Source: Zootoca vivipara (Eukaryota). From it: a stretch of DNA of 64,000 nt. The stretch lies in contig NC_083276.1 of the NCBI RefSeq assembly GCF_963506605.1, forward strand, positions 44,020,001-44,084,000, written 5' to 3'. A model generated the notes under the pieces. It did not search any database. It worked only from the letters and a program-made list of their open reading frames with translations, and was not told the origin of the DNA. Every line of letters begins with the position of its first letter. Within the stretch, counting starts at the first letter, position 1. This document shows, in pieces, positions 53,101-64,000 of the stretch. The position numbers were made by a program, and so were the translations under genes.

Positions 53101-56100
53101 CCCTCTCCCTTTTTGTTCTTTGGTGCCTCAACTGAGGTTGAGAAGCTTGTCAAATTATCACACCTAATCCTCTTCTACAGAGATGTGATGTAGTGACATA
53201 GCCATGAAAATTGCATTAACTAGGAATTTAGCCTGTAATAGTTCCACCTAGAACAGATTCTGTGTTCTGCGCAGCTACAGATTTTGGATGTTGGAAAACA
53301 GAAGACAACTAGGAGATTGGAAGTCTTACTAAAGCTGGAATTAAGGGATGATAAATTGAACTATTTTAAAAAAGAAATTATGAGATTTTAGTTAGATACA
53401 TTAAAAAATAAGCTTCCCAACAAATCTTATCAGAAATAAAATTATGTTGTGGTTCCTGCAAGCATAGAAGAATTACTTTTCTAAAAATACTTGAAGATGG
53501 TCAGGGTTGTTGGGGGTTTTAAAGCAGCTATGAATGCAATAGTAAATTACATGAAACATACCGCATGGATATAAGTGTAACTTTTAATGTGTATAGATGA
53601 AGCTAGATGCTGAAATCCTGCAGATGGAGAAAGATACAGCAGACATTACACATCCATTCTACCTAAGTAAGTATTTTGTTTTATGCTATTGTTTGATCTT
53701 CTAGGAGTGCTGTTTTGGGGGTTAATCTTAAGAGATATTTAGACAAAGCCTCACATCTTCATACTGCTGTAAGTATACTGCTGTCAGAGAGGTTGGTTGA
53801 GTAACAAAGCTGCCATCTATGAGCAAGATGCAGTACAGTGCCAGTGGACACAATGGACCTACCTTTCTCTCCTCCCCTTTGCCGCCTGCTGCCGCCCCAC
53901 ATCTGGCCCACCAACCTTCCAAAACAGATTTTTGGGTGCATGGGAGGCTGCAACAGGAGAGTAGAAGTCTGTTGAGGAAGTAGCATACTTAACACACTTA
54001 ACAGGTGACGAAGCATCTAGCAGCCAAAATGAAAAAGTTTGAACGGGAATGATCCCTGAAAAAGGAAACAAGTAATTAGAGGTGTTTGTATTCAGCAACT
54101 CCATAGATGCATTGCACATATGCTGAAATGGGCATTTCATTCGGAAGCCTGAGTGTTTCATTTAAGACAACTGTGAGCAACTTACAAGCCCATACCCTGT
54201 GAGGAAAGACAAAGACATCCCTAGGTTGGGAAGCAATTTGGCTTGGCAGCAGGTGGCACCTCATCCTGATACCGCTTCAGTGATGAGTAGTTAGGCATGT
54301 TGCATGAGGAAAATCCATACACCAGGAGTAGGGCACTGGATCTGGCCAGTGGGCTGGATCCTAGGTTCTTCTACCTTGAGGGCGGGCAGTGTAGCATTTT
54401 GACAGGTTATTGGTTCAAACCACTCTAGAAAGAGAGGTTGACGTTACTGCCAATCAGCTGATTGGTGCTGACTGACTTCAAGCTCTGCTTTCTGTGGTGG
54501 TCATCTGTGCTATGGAGTTTCCTATGGGGAGCACAGCTAATTCCAGCTTGTTGGTGTGAATCAGGCTTCCTTGCCAATACACAACCAGGAGCGCATTTTA
54601 GGGTTCCCAGTTGTGCATGGGCAGCTGTGTGCCCCTCACCCAATGTCACATATGATGTTGGGTATGAAACAGGTTGGTGTTGTTCCAGAGAAACAGACTG
54701 ATGGGCCAGATTGAGACCTGAGGGTGGGCCTAATTAGACCTGCAAGCTGGAGGTTTGCTATACCTGACATACGTGGACGCCATTCCCCCAAAAAAAACCC
54801 AAACCCTTTATTCCATGCAAGCTACTAAACATTGCATCCATAACTATGGCAATCCTACATGTATTGGGTGAAGGCGGAAAGTCCCAAGATCTTGGGGAAA
54901 GGCTCACAAAGGCTACCATTGTTGACTGAAATGAGCAGAACCAAGAATCATTTTTTTTAAAATGCAAGACGTTCTTCACAGGTGTACGTATGTGTACGTT
55001 TGAAACATTAAGGCTGTAATCCTGTACATATTTACATTGGGACAGGTCCCATTGAACACAATGGGCATATCTTGAGTAGTTGGTTAGGGCGTAGTGCTGT
55101 CGCCCTGCATTAATAGAGAGTACACACATACTTGCACTGGAGGGAAAGATAGGGAATGGTGGACAAATGACCCCTTTTCACCAGTTTGTCTGCTGTTACT
55201 TCTCCTGCTACCAAAGGTACACAGCATTCCCTAGGATAAACTTAGAAACCTGTGGTCTTTATTTCTCAGCAGCTGCTGCTTGCTTCCATGGGAGTCTCTT
55301 GATGTGATTCACCTTGCAGGTGCTGTGTGAGCCACACACTTTTGTTAGACAATTACAGATTAACACAGCATGCTACCAGTATTTTGGAAGCCTGTGTTTC
55401 AAAGCATGAAATTATGTTTTACAAAGAACCTGCTCTCACTTCAATTCATGTTTAAATCTGAAAGTTTTTCATTTTTTTAAAAAATAAAATCTGTAGCTCA
55501 GAAATGCCAGGCTCTGCAAGCGATGAACAAACACCTAGAAGCAGTGCTGAAAGAGAAATGGGTTCTTAGGCAGAGGCTAATGAAACCAGTGCGTCAAGAA
55601 AGCCTGCCTATTGAAGCTATCTTCCACAGGTAACAAACTGCTTTGTTATTTTACTTATATGTTGTATACTCCTTATTTCTTTTTCAGATCAATAAAATAC
55701 ATTGGGAACAAAATCCAATTACAGTTAAAACTGCAAATGATGATGCTAAAACTTTTTTTAAAAAACAAACAAAACCCAAGTTACTGCAGAACTCTAAACA
55801 GCCACAATCAGTTCACTTCTGCTGCCAAATAACATCCTTTATTTCAATTTTCATCAAAGGTACACTTCAAACATCTATTTGGTGTGTCACAAATGCTTTT
55901 TTATTTTAACCATAGTCACTTACATTTCTTACAAGACACACAATCCTAACTTTATTCATTACATTTTTCCTCTGTTTCCTGATAAGTTCCTATTTTAAAT
56001 CACCCTATGTTACCGTATATCCAGCCTTTTTTCTAAATCTACATTAGTCTGACAGCTAAATTATTCTAAATCATTTATCAGCTCAGTCCAATTCATATTA

Positions 56101-56413
56101 AGGCATTGTTTCTGCTATAACATTAAAAGAAATGATCTAAATAGCTTTTGTGTTCTATTTTCCCTTCTTAATTATCATCTATGTTCATTTAATGCATTTC
56201 ATTAAGGACCAATAAAGATCAACCACTCAGTGATAGTAGGTGACTGCTTTTTCCCAATATTGGGCTGTTCAAACATTTGAAGTACAGTAATATATTGGTT
56301 CAGTGTCATTCATCTGTATCTGTTTCCAGCACCATCAGTATAGAGTCAATTGAAATGTCTCTTCCTATTATCTCTTTTTTTTGGGGGGGGGGAGTTCTGT
56401 TAGAAACCAAAAC

Positions 56414-56462
<49 letters not shown>

Positions 56463-59162
56463 CTGTAACGTGAATTATTGAGCAATCTCCCCTCCCCGGC
56501 AAATCCCACAGATTATGTTAACTATTTTACAGTGGTAACAACTTGAAAGATTCCTAGGTGATACATACTGTATTTTTCCGTGTATAACACGCCCCTATGT
56601 ATAAGACGCCCCCTATTTTTGGGGACTCCAAATTGAGAAAATGGAGGGAGATTATATCTGTGTATAAGACGACCCACAATTGTGAACATAATTTTTAAAT
56701 AAAAAAACCTAGTCTTATACACACAAAAGTACGGTACTGTATTTTTAGCCTCCATAGTGTGAAATACCACCTCACAAAGATAGTATCATTTTCCATACAT
56801 TTTTTTCTTTTTCATGCAGGCATGTAGTAGAATTGTTGGCGTCGGCAGTGGCTTTCATTGAAAAATTAGAAACCCATCTAACCACAGTAAGGAGCATTCC
56901 TCAAATACCTCTAGTTATGAAAAACATGGTAAGTTGTCTGTCCTATAACTTTGATAGCAAAGTAGTGGCTAAGAGCATGGAAGTCTTAGCTGGAAGTCTC
57001 CAGTTCAAATCTCACCAGGCTATGGATTCCCTGGGTTGTCTCACTCAGAATGCTGGTTAATAGACCTGTACCTGACATAAGGAATGTGAAGCACTAACTT
57101 CTGCTTCACTTCACACTAGGCTTCCCCTGGAATTAGAGAAACTGTGAGTCTGTATCTCTGTCCTTGAAGAAAGGAGATTCAATTGCTGAATCAATTGATC
57201 AGAAAGTTCAATTCCATCTATTTGAGTCTGAATAGTGACTGGTTTTCTCTCCTGCTACAGGTATTAATTTCCCGTCAGTGCTAAGATGATTGTATTATCA
57301 CTAATTATTGCTATTGTGATGGGTCACACTAGTTATTCTGCATACTGTACAGTTCCGTTGGACTGTATTTTATTTTGCTTTTCATTGCCATTTAATTCCA
57401 ACTCTTACATTTTTCCTTTATTTAACATCCCCTCATTAAAATACAGTGGTACCTCAGTTTACAAACACAATTGGTTCCGGAAGTCTGTAATTAACCTGAA
57501 GCGTACTTAACCTGAAGCGAACTTTCCCATTGAAAGTAATGGAAAGTGGATTAATCTGTTCCAGACGGGTCCGCGGAGTACTCAACCTGAAGCGTACTTA
57601 ACCCAGGGTATGAGTGTAATTGGTTCCGGAAGTCTGTACTTAACCTGAAGCGTACTTAACCTGAAGCAAACTTTCCCATTGAAAGTAATGGAAAGTGGAT
57701 TAATCTGTTCCAGACGGGTCCGCGGAGTACTCAACCTGAAGCGTACTTAACCCAGGGTATGAGTGTAATTGGTTCCGGAAGTCCGTACTTAACCTGAAGC
57801 GAACTTTCCCATTGAAAGTAATGGAAAGTGGATTAATCTGTTCCAGACAGGTCTGCTAAGTACTTAAACTGACAATACTCAAACGAAGGCGTACTTAAAC
57901 CGAGGTATGACTGTAGTACCAAAGTGATGTACAACAAAGCAGTTAAATACAAATCAATTCAGTATACGATAAAAACTATTTTAAAAAGCCAGCATATCAC
58001 TGTTACAGCAGTCAGGTATCATTCAACTGATACCAGAAGCAAGGGAAAGCTTGAGTGAATAGATATGTGTTAAACAGCCGGCAGAAGCTGTTAAATAGGT
58101 GCTTGCCATATCTCAAGAGTAAGAAGGGTCATTGCTCAGGCTAAGGGCACAAGATGAGCCCCCTGCAATCTGGCATAATTAATAGGGCCTCCTCCAAAGA
58201 TCTTGGTGAACGAGCAGATCTCTATGGGAGTTGCTCTTTCAGATAACCTGGTTCTAGGGAATTATCAGTTAATAACAAAACATTAAACTTGACTTAATAG
58301 CAAACTTGGCATTTCTTAATACCCATGTGTTCATTACACATATCTGCCAGATGAGCATTACATAATGCATCTGATAAAGTGGACTCTGCTCCACAAAAGA
58401 TTATGCCAGGATAAATTTTTTAGTCTTTAAGGTGCCTCAGCTCTTGGTTTTTGCTGTAACAGACTAATATGGCTACCCCTAAAGCTATATGGAGGGACAC
58501 TGTGGTCTAAACCACTGAGCCTAGGGCTTTCCGATCAGAAAGTCGGCAGTTTGTATCCCTGCGACAGGGTGAGCTCCTGTTGCTTGGTCCCAGCCCCTGC
58601 CAACCTAGCAGTTCAAAAGCACGTCAAAGTGCAAGTAGATAAATAGGTAGCGCTCCAGCGGGAAGGTAAACGGCGTTTCCCTGCACTGCTCTGGTTTCGC
58701 CAGAAGCGGCTTAGTCATGCTGGCCACATGACCTGGAAAAACTGTCTGTGGACAAACGGCGGCTCCCTCGGCCAGTAAAGCGAAATGAGCACTGCAACCC
58801 CAGAGTCGTTCACGACTAGACTTAACTGTCAGGGGTCCTTTACCTTTTGAAAGCTATATGAAGGAATCTTTCCCTGGAGTGCGTTGACAAATGCCAGGGC
58901 AGTTACGCTAGTTTCACTTCCCTTGTGCAGCAGTCCCTGTGATGAGTTCTTATGTTGTTGAAGTTTTAGCATAGTGCGCTAAAATACTTGTTTTCCTATT
59001 TCATTCCAGGACAGTGCACTAACAGAGATGGACTTGTTAGTAACAGACACAAAAGCACTGGCAGAACAAATACTGGAGTGGAGAGAGAAAGTAAAGGAGA
59101 TCTTTGAAAATTCACAGCTGACTACTGAATCAGATTCCTGGTTCAGAAGTATAACTCTGTAA
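49991..59162 (+). CDS. HAUS2: HAUS augmin-like complex subunit 2 (CEP27), 215 aa
   Basis: Join 49991-50080, 52181-52273, 53597-53666, 55497-55629, 56820-56928, 59010-59162 = 648 nt. MASSNPW...[53 protein letters not shown]; syntenic between LRRC57 and STARD9. Confidence 0.94.
50484..50796 (-). mobile_element. Sauria SINE
   Basis: Reverse of the gggtggcgctgtgggttaaaccacagagcctagg head; tatttatctacttgcac core; aaaggtaa tail. Confidence 0.88.
51175..51362 (-). mobile_element. tRNA-derived SINE with CR1-like tail
   Basis: Minus-strand head gggctgtggctcagtagcggagcatc...gttcaatccctg. Confidence 0.65.
52181..52273 (+). CDS. HAUS2: HAUS2 exon 2
   Basis: [16 protein letters not shown]...LQAEISE; tttcag/gtaaaa. 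Confidence 0.9.
52380..52900 (-). mobile_element. Degraded CR1 fragment
   Basis: catagagttggaggg..., tgcttgaagacctccaatgagggagag, tgtggtgcccagaactggaca. Confidence 0.6.
53597..53666 (+). CDS. HAUS2: HAUS2 exon 3
   Basis: [23 protein letters not shown]; gtatag/gtaagt. Confidence 0.93.
55497..55629 (+). CDS. HAUS2: HAUS2 exon 4
   Basis: [20 protein letters not shown]...IEAIFHR; ctgtag/gtaaca. Confidence 0.93.
56414..56463. repeat. (CAA)n microsatellite
   Basis: Seen directly. Confidence 0.95.
56568..56734. mobile_element. Tc2/mariner-like MITE
   Basis: TA|ctgtatttttccgtgtataa ... cttatacacacaaaagtacgg|TA. Confidence 0.8.
56820..56928 (+). CDS. HAUS2: HAUS2 exon 5
   Basis: [27 protein letters not shown]...KNM; atgcag/gtaagt. 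Confidence 0.93.
57444..57913. mobile_element. Tigger-like MITE with three 149-bp tandem units
   Basis: TA-flanked TIRs; aattggttccggaag at 57469, 57618 and 57767. Confidence 0.88.
58367..58480 (+). mobile_element. Older Penelope-like terminal remnant
   Basis: gcatctgataaagtggac..ccacaaaagattatgc...ttagtctttaaggtgcc...cagactaatatggctacc. Confidence 0.6.
58494..58848 (+). mobile_element. Sauria SINE, near full length
   Basis: Head ctgtggtctaaaccactgagcctagg, conserved core, cctttacctttt tail; TSD aaagctatatg. Confidence 0.9.
59010..59162 (+). CDS. HAUS2: HAUS2 last coding exon
   Basis: [26 protein letters not shown]...SITL*; acceptor ttccag; AATAAA at 59654 and 59667. Confidence 0.92.
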   Translation, partial: DSALTEMDLLVTDTKALAEQILEWREKVKEIFENSQLTTESDSWFRSITL

Positions 59163-61075
59163 TACTGCACACTTCCCGCCATGCCTTTTCCTTCCCAATT
59201 CTCAGGCTACTTAGCAATTTTGTGTGTTGATAAAATGCATGTGTTCTATCACATTTAAAGTCACTTGTGTCTGTCTGAAATGTATATTTGTACGTAGAAC
59301 TAGGGCTATGTAGAAATTGACAACGGATGTTAAATGGCTCTCTTGAGGTTGTATTTTAAAGAAGCAATTTTATGATGTTGCCTTAACAAGATCAGCTTCA
59401 TGTACATAGGTTTTATATTTTATAGAAACATTATCTATTTTTAAAAGTGAGACCACTCATATCTTGGTATAAAACTTCAATCAGAATACTGGACTATAGA
59501 CTATTTTGTATGGGTGGGAAACCTTTGGATTCCACCCTATCTTCATGTGCATTTATGAAAATCTGTAGCTTGATACTTTTGCCCTTCATACTGTTGAGTA
59601 CTGTAGTAGAAAATAATGCAGAGGAAGAGTATGGGAAACAGTATTCAGTTAGTAATAAACAAACTAAATAAATACTTTTTTCTCTTAGTTTGTATTTCAA
59701 AGAGAGAAAAATTAAGCAACTATACAGATGAGCCTGTCACTGTGCAAAACTGGCTAGCAAATGCCTGTGTTTCATAATTCTCCATCAGCTATGCTTGATT
59801 TGTTATAGCTTGTTATGGCTCATCATCAGTTTCTCATCTCCATCTGATCTCTGTTCCAGCCACTGAGAGAAAGCACAAGATAGATGTGCTGCTAGGTAAA
59901 CAGCATCCTGAGGATATCAAGACTGTCTTCTCCCAATGACAGGACCTGTGTTCCTTTTCACATGTTAAAACAAAAACCACAAGCAGGGAACATCCCACAA
60001 TAAACGTCCATGTGCATACAACCTGGCAAGCAGGCATTTGTGTGTTTATAACCTAAACATGCTTTCTTAATAGAAATGGATGGGTAGTTTTTCTTTCACT
60101 CTCATACATTGAAGGTGGTAATTCTAACTCTTCATAATCCTTATATTTGTTTGTTCCTAAGTGACATGTAGGCAAATGTTTAAATTTGCCCAGGCGGTTA
60201 GCCAGTCTTATATACATTTCCTTTGAACTAAGTTGTGCTGTATTGAATTCAGGGGTGTGTGTGTGTAGAGATTTGCAGTTTTTAGTTTAATATGCTTCAA
60301 AGACATTCATATTGGTTCCTGAATTTATTTCTGCTGAATTCTCTTTAAAGCAGTTAACCTGTTACTGATATTAACAGACAACTTAAAACTATACTAATTT
60401 AAGCAGATATTTCTATTAGAGTACATTCACAAAGTTTACAACAGGACTTAATTTATCAGCACAGTCCTATTAAATCTGAATAAATTTACTCCATCAGTGT
60501 GTTTAGGACTGCAGCCTCAAATCCAACGTGCTACAATTTAATTTAAAAGAAATGAATACAGTACCTGAGAAGGTTTCAGGAAAAATAATGAAAAGCAAAT
60601 AGAATTTCTCAAAAACTTTTGTTTGTATTTATGGAGAGTTGCAAAACATTGTGGGTCCGTGATCCATGCATTGCACTAGGAGATGTTTAAATACAACTAG
60701 CTGGTAAATTCCTACATGTTACACAGATTGTTTCATTTGAGCAATCTCAAAATCTTTTCACAAAGATTTATGGTGTCAAATGGAACTTCATACCGCTATA
60801 TGCTGTCTGAGAAAAAGGAAGATAACAGTGGTTGACTCCTGACAGGTGATGACAACATTGAAGCAGATAACAACTTAGTAATGACACAAATTTGAATGCT
60901 CATCTCTAATAGTCTTGGAGTGCTGGTCCATTTGTCACTAGGGGGCATAATTGTGAATGATTCCCTTTTGTTACCAGTAACAGTCTGAAAGTTTACATGC
61001 TTTCCACCACAGCCCCGCTTTATTTTTAACTTTCAGCTCACAGTGTAGTTTTGAACAAGGTTATAGTTAGCAGTA

Positions 61076-61641
61076 CAGTGGTACCTCGGTTTATGAACAC
61101 AATTGGTTCCGGAAGTCTGTTCATAAACTGAAGCGTTCATAAACTGAAGCGAACTTTCCCATTGAAAGTAATGGAAAGTGGATTAATCCGTTCCAGACGG
61201 TCCGCGGAGTAACCGTTCATAAACTGAAGCGAACTTTTCCATTGAAAGTAATGGAAAGTGGATTAATCCGTTCCAGACGGGTCCGCGAAGTACTTAAACT
61301 GAAGCGTTCATAAACTGAAACATGGGTGTAATTGGTTCCGGAAGTCTGTTCATAAACTGAAGCGTTCATAAACTGAAGCGAACTTTTCCATTGAAAGTAA
61401 TGGAAAGTGGATTAATCCGTTCCAGACGGGTCCGTGAAGTACTTAAACTGAAGCGTTCATAAACTGAAACATGGGTGTAATTGGTTCCGGAAGTCTGTTC
61501 ATAAACTGAAGCGTTCATAAACTGAAGCGAACTTTCCCATTAAAAGTAATGGAAAGTGAATTAATCCGTTCCAGATGGGTCTGCAGCGTTCATAAACCGA
61601 AAATTCATAAACCGAGGTGTTCATAAACCGAGGTTCCACTG
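61076..61641. mobile_element. Tigger-like MITE with tandem internal units
   Basis: TA|CAGTGGTACCTCGGTTTATGAAC...GTTCATAAACCGAGGTTCCACTG|TA; units start at 61101, 61330 and 61479. Confidence 0.88.
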
Positions 61642-62908
61642 TATTGGCTCTTTATTGCAAAATGGAAACAATACTAAACTCATAGTACTTTGAAGGCAAA
61701 TACATTAAAGACACCAAAGCTCCTCTGAAAGTGAAAAAGTTCTGCATGTTTAGTCGTGTCCAACTCTTCGTGAAAGTGCTGCATAAATAGTATTTTTAGC
61801 AGTATGAAGATAACTGTACAGTGTGAATGCGCACTGTCTTTCCTGGCAGATAGAAGGTTTGATTGTATTCACCCAATACTGTGTCACCTGCACTGGCTGC
61901 CAGTATACTCACTAGATGAAAAGCTAGTGCTTCCCTCTTAAAAGCATTTCATATGCTGGGCCCCATATTTCTGCAACCACCTCCCTAGTATTAACTATGC
62001 CACTTTTAGTTATTGAGTCAAACCTTGCACCAATGCACCATATACAGACTTATCAGGAACATAACAGGGCCTTTCCTTCATCAGCTGCTCCAAGGTTTTG
62101 GAATTATTTCCCCTCAGGTGTGTGCAGTTTCTCCTTAGTGGGTAGCTGCACTTTATATTTTTGATTTGCCCTTGTGAGTTTTTTAATTTAATTTTGAATA
62201 GTTTTGTTAGTATAAATCATCTGGAATCTAGTAAAGGTGGCTACCAAGAATTTTGTAGCAATACAAAAATTATTTTGTTGTAATACTACATAAGCTGACT
62301 CTTCTACTTATGTGCAGTATCTTTTTAGGGAAGTTATATATGAGAATCTGCATTTTAGCAGGCCACTATAGATCTACTCATGTATACACTAGAATGGACC
62401 CAAAGAAGCCAAGGATCCAGGAAGCATGCCATCAAGGGTGTTAGATGAGGCTCAGAGCAGTGGGACCACAACAGATAAAGCTCAAATTGCAAGATGGGGT
62501 GTTCAGATAGTGAACAAAGGTGTGTATCACAGCAGCAAGCAGGGAGTTCCAGTCAGGTAAGGTCAGTCATACGGTCAGAAGGCTCTTTGTGGCTTACAGG
62601 TGTATCCACATATTGGTGATCAGTTTCTGGTCAACTCTATTGCCCAGTAATTGCTGGCATTTCTGCAAAGAATGCTGGATTAAGAACTTTGGCCTGATTC
62701 AGCAAAGGCGATTTATTCAGTACCTTTAGGATTGCTTACTACAGAATGATGTGCCAATCACACTTGACCTCTTTCTAAATAAAACAATGCACCAAGAAGA
62801 TTCCTGTTTTTGTTCTTCAAGGAAGCACGCTATCCTTGTTCTATGTTGTTCTTGAGAAGCCAGCTGTGTTTTTTTTTTTTTGACGCACATGTCTCACCCA
62901 CATGGGGT

Positions 62909-63037
62909 NNNNNNNNNNNNNNNNNNNNNNNNNNNNNNNNNNNNNNNNNNNNNNNNNNNNNNNNNNNNNNNNNNNNNNNNNNNNNNNNNNNNNNNNNNNN
63001 NNNNNNNNNNNNNNNNNNNNNNNNNNNNNNNNNNNNN
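62909..63037. other. Assembly gap (129 N)
   Basis: Run of N. Confidence 0.99.
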
Positions 63038-63129
63038 CTCTTTAGGCCAAGAGTGGAAAGTTGTCGAGTTAAGCGTCTTTCCACACTCCATGAACTTCTC
63101 TCAAGTTTCACCCTCCACTTGGAGTATTC

Positions 63130-63800
63130 CATCCCCACCGTCCCAGAAGTTGGAGCAGCCGGCTACTTAGCCGCAGACCCAGCGCCTCACGGACAACGGA
63201 GGGAAATTGGAGACACCCGTTTTCCTCAAACCGGCCCAGCAGCACCGGCGGCCCCTCCCTCCCCATTTCCTCTCCTCTCCCCAGGCGGCCAGGCCCTTCC
63301 CTCAAGAGCAGCTGCGCTGGGCGGGGTCGGGCCGCGCTTCCCCTGCCCAGGGCTCTGCGGAGAGCCGAGGCGCTCGGAGGACGGCGGGGATGTGATGCGG
63401 AGTCGTGGCTTCGGCGGCCGCGGTGGAGGGGAGGAGGGGGCGCCTTTTGCTGCAACTCCAGACGGGACATGGCGAATGTCAAAGTGGCGGTGCGGGTCCG
63501 GCCTCTCAGCAAAAGGTGGGCCGGCGGTGGGGCGGTTGAGGGTGGCAAGAGAGAGGGAGTCGACCTCGAATACACAAACACGCACGTCTATGTGCACAAA
63601 GGGTGGGAGAGGACACTTTTTGCACGCACGCGCCGCCAACTCGTTTGCACCGTAGCGCGGCTTGTGAGCGTGTGTGTGACCGTTATGTGCGGCGCTCGCG
63701 TCTCCTATGTGGAGGAGCTGCCAGGTGTTACATGTGCTGGTTCAGTAGTAGCGTCGCTTGCAGAAAACCTGGGCACCCCAGGAACTGAAGCGCTGGGCTG
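63130..63800 (+). promoter_or_regulatory. CpG island / STARD9 promoter
   Basis: CpG-rich with a GC box (gggcgggg ~63319), around the STARD9 start codon. Confidence 0.8.
63469..63515 (+). CDS. STARD9: StAR-related lipid transfer protein 9 (kinesin-3, KIF16A), first coding exon
   Basis: gacATGG; MANVKVAVRVRPLSK(R), a kinesin N-terminal motif; donor AG|gtgggc; synteny with HAUS2. Confidence 0.9.
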
Positions 63801-63833
63801 CGCTGGGCATCAGTGAAAAAGGTGCAAATGGAG

Positions 63834-63987
63834 CATAGGAGCCAAAATATTTGAGGGTGCAGTGCATCCCGCAAAAAGTTGATGGGCATCACCATTGAAA
63901 TGGTGTGCGCACACCGTGTCTTGTGATAGATTATGTGGGGTTGGAGTGACCTCCCCCCCCAATATTTTATTCAAGTTGGCACCCCTG
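63834..63987. mobile_element. Non-autonomous hAT element (154 bp)
   Basis: CATAGGAGCCAA...TTGGCACCCCTG; 8-bp TSD AAATGGAG. Confidence 0.85.
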
Positions 63988-64000
63988 AAATGGAGATGGG

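Noticed and set aside
56277-56509. PolyQ / polyC ORFs
   Set aside because: Translation of an intronic (CAA)n microsatellite.
57444-57913. Regularly repeated units resembling a CRISPR array (also 5114-5546 and 61076-61641)
   Set aside because: The whole unit repeats with no unique spacers, it is bounded by TIRs and TA duplications, and the context is eukaryotic with no cas genes.
62810-63655. Long ORFs upstream of STARD9
   Set aside because: They read through the N gap and the CpG island.

Overview
Vertebrate genomic DNA. The repeat content (Sauria SINE, BovB, L2, Penelope remnants, Helitron, many MITEs) points to a squamate, probably a lacertid-like lizard. Five intron-containing genes lie in the order known from human 15q15: ZNF106 (-, 5' part only, runs off the left edge), SNAP23 (+, complete, 208 aa), LRRC57 (-, complete, 238 aa), HAUS2 (+, complete, 215 aa) and the first coding exon of STARD9 (+). 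ZNF106/SNAP23 and LRRC57/HAUS2 are head-to-head across CpG islands; SNAP23/LRRC57 are tail-to-tail. I rebuilt all exons by hand with GT-AG boundaries and consistent phases. Gene names come from recalled protein similarity, not a database search. Main observations: (1) an antisense copy of SNAP23's own terminal-exon acceptor inside an upstream SNAP23 intron, next to a Helitron; (2) a 41-bp near-perfect hairpin in SNAP23 intron 1; (3) a candidate RBFOX/QKI-regulated SNAP23 microexon site; (4) minimal hammerhead ribozyme cores in Penelope palindromes; (5) two alternative ZNF106 N-termini with a MEF2/E-box internal promoter candidate; (6) a hAT MITE carrying ZNF143-type motifs; (7) MITEs expanding as 149-bp tandem arrays. 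There is a 129-N assembly gap at 62909-63037.
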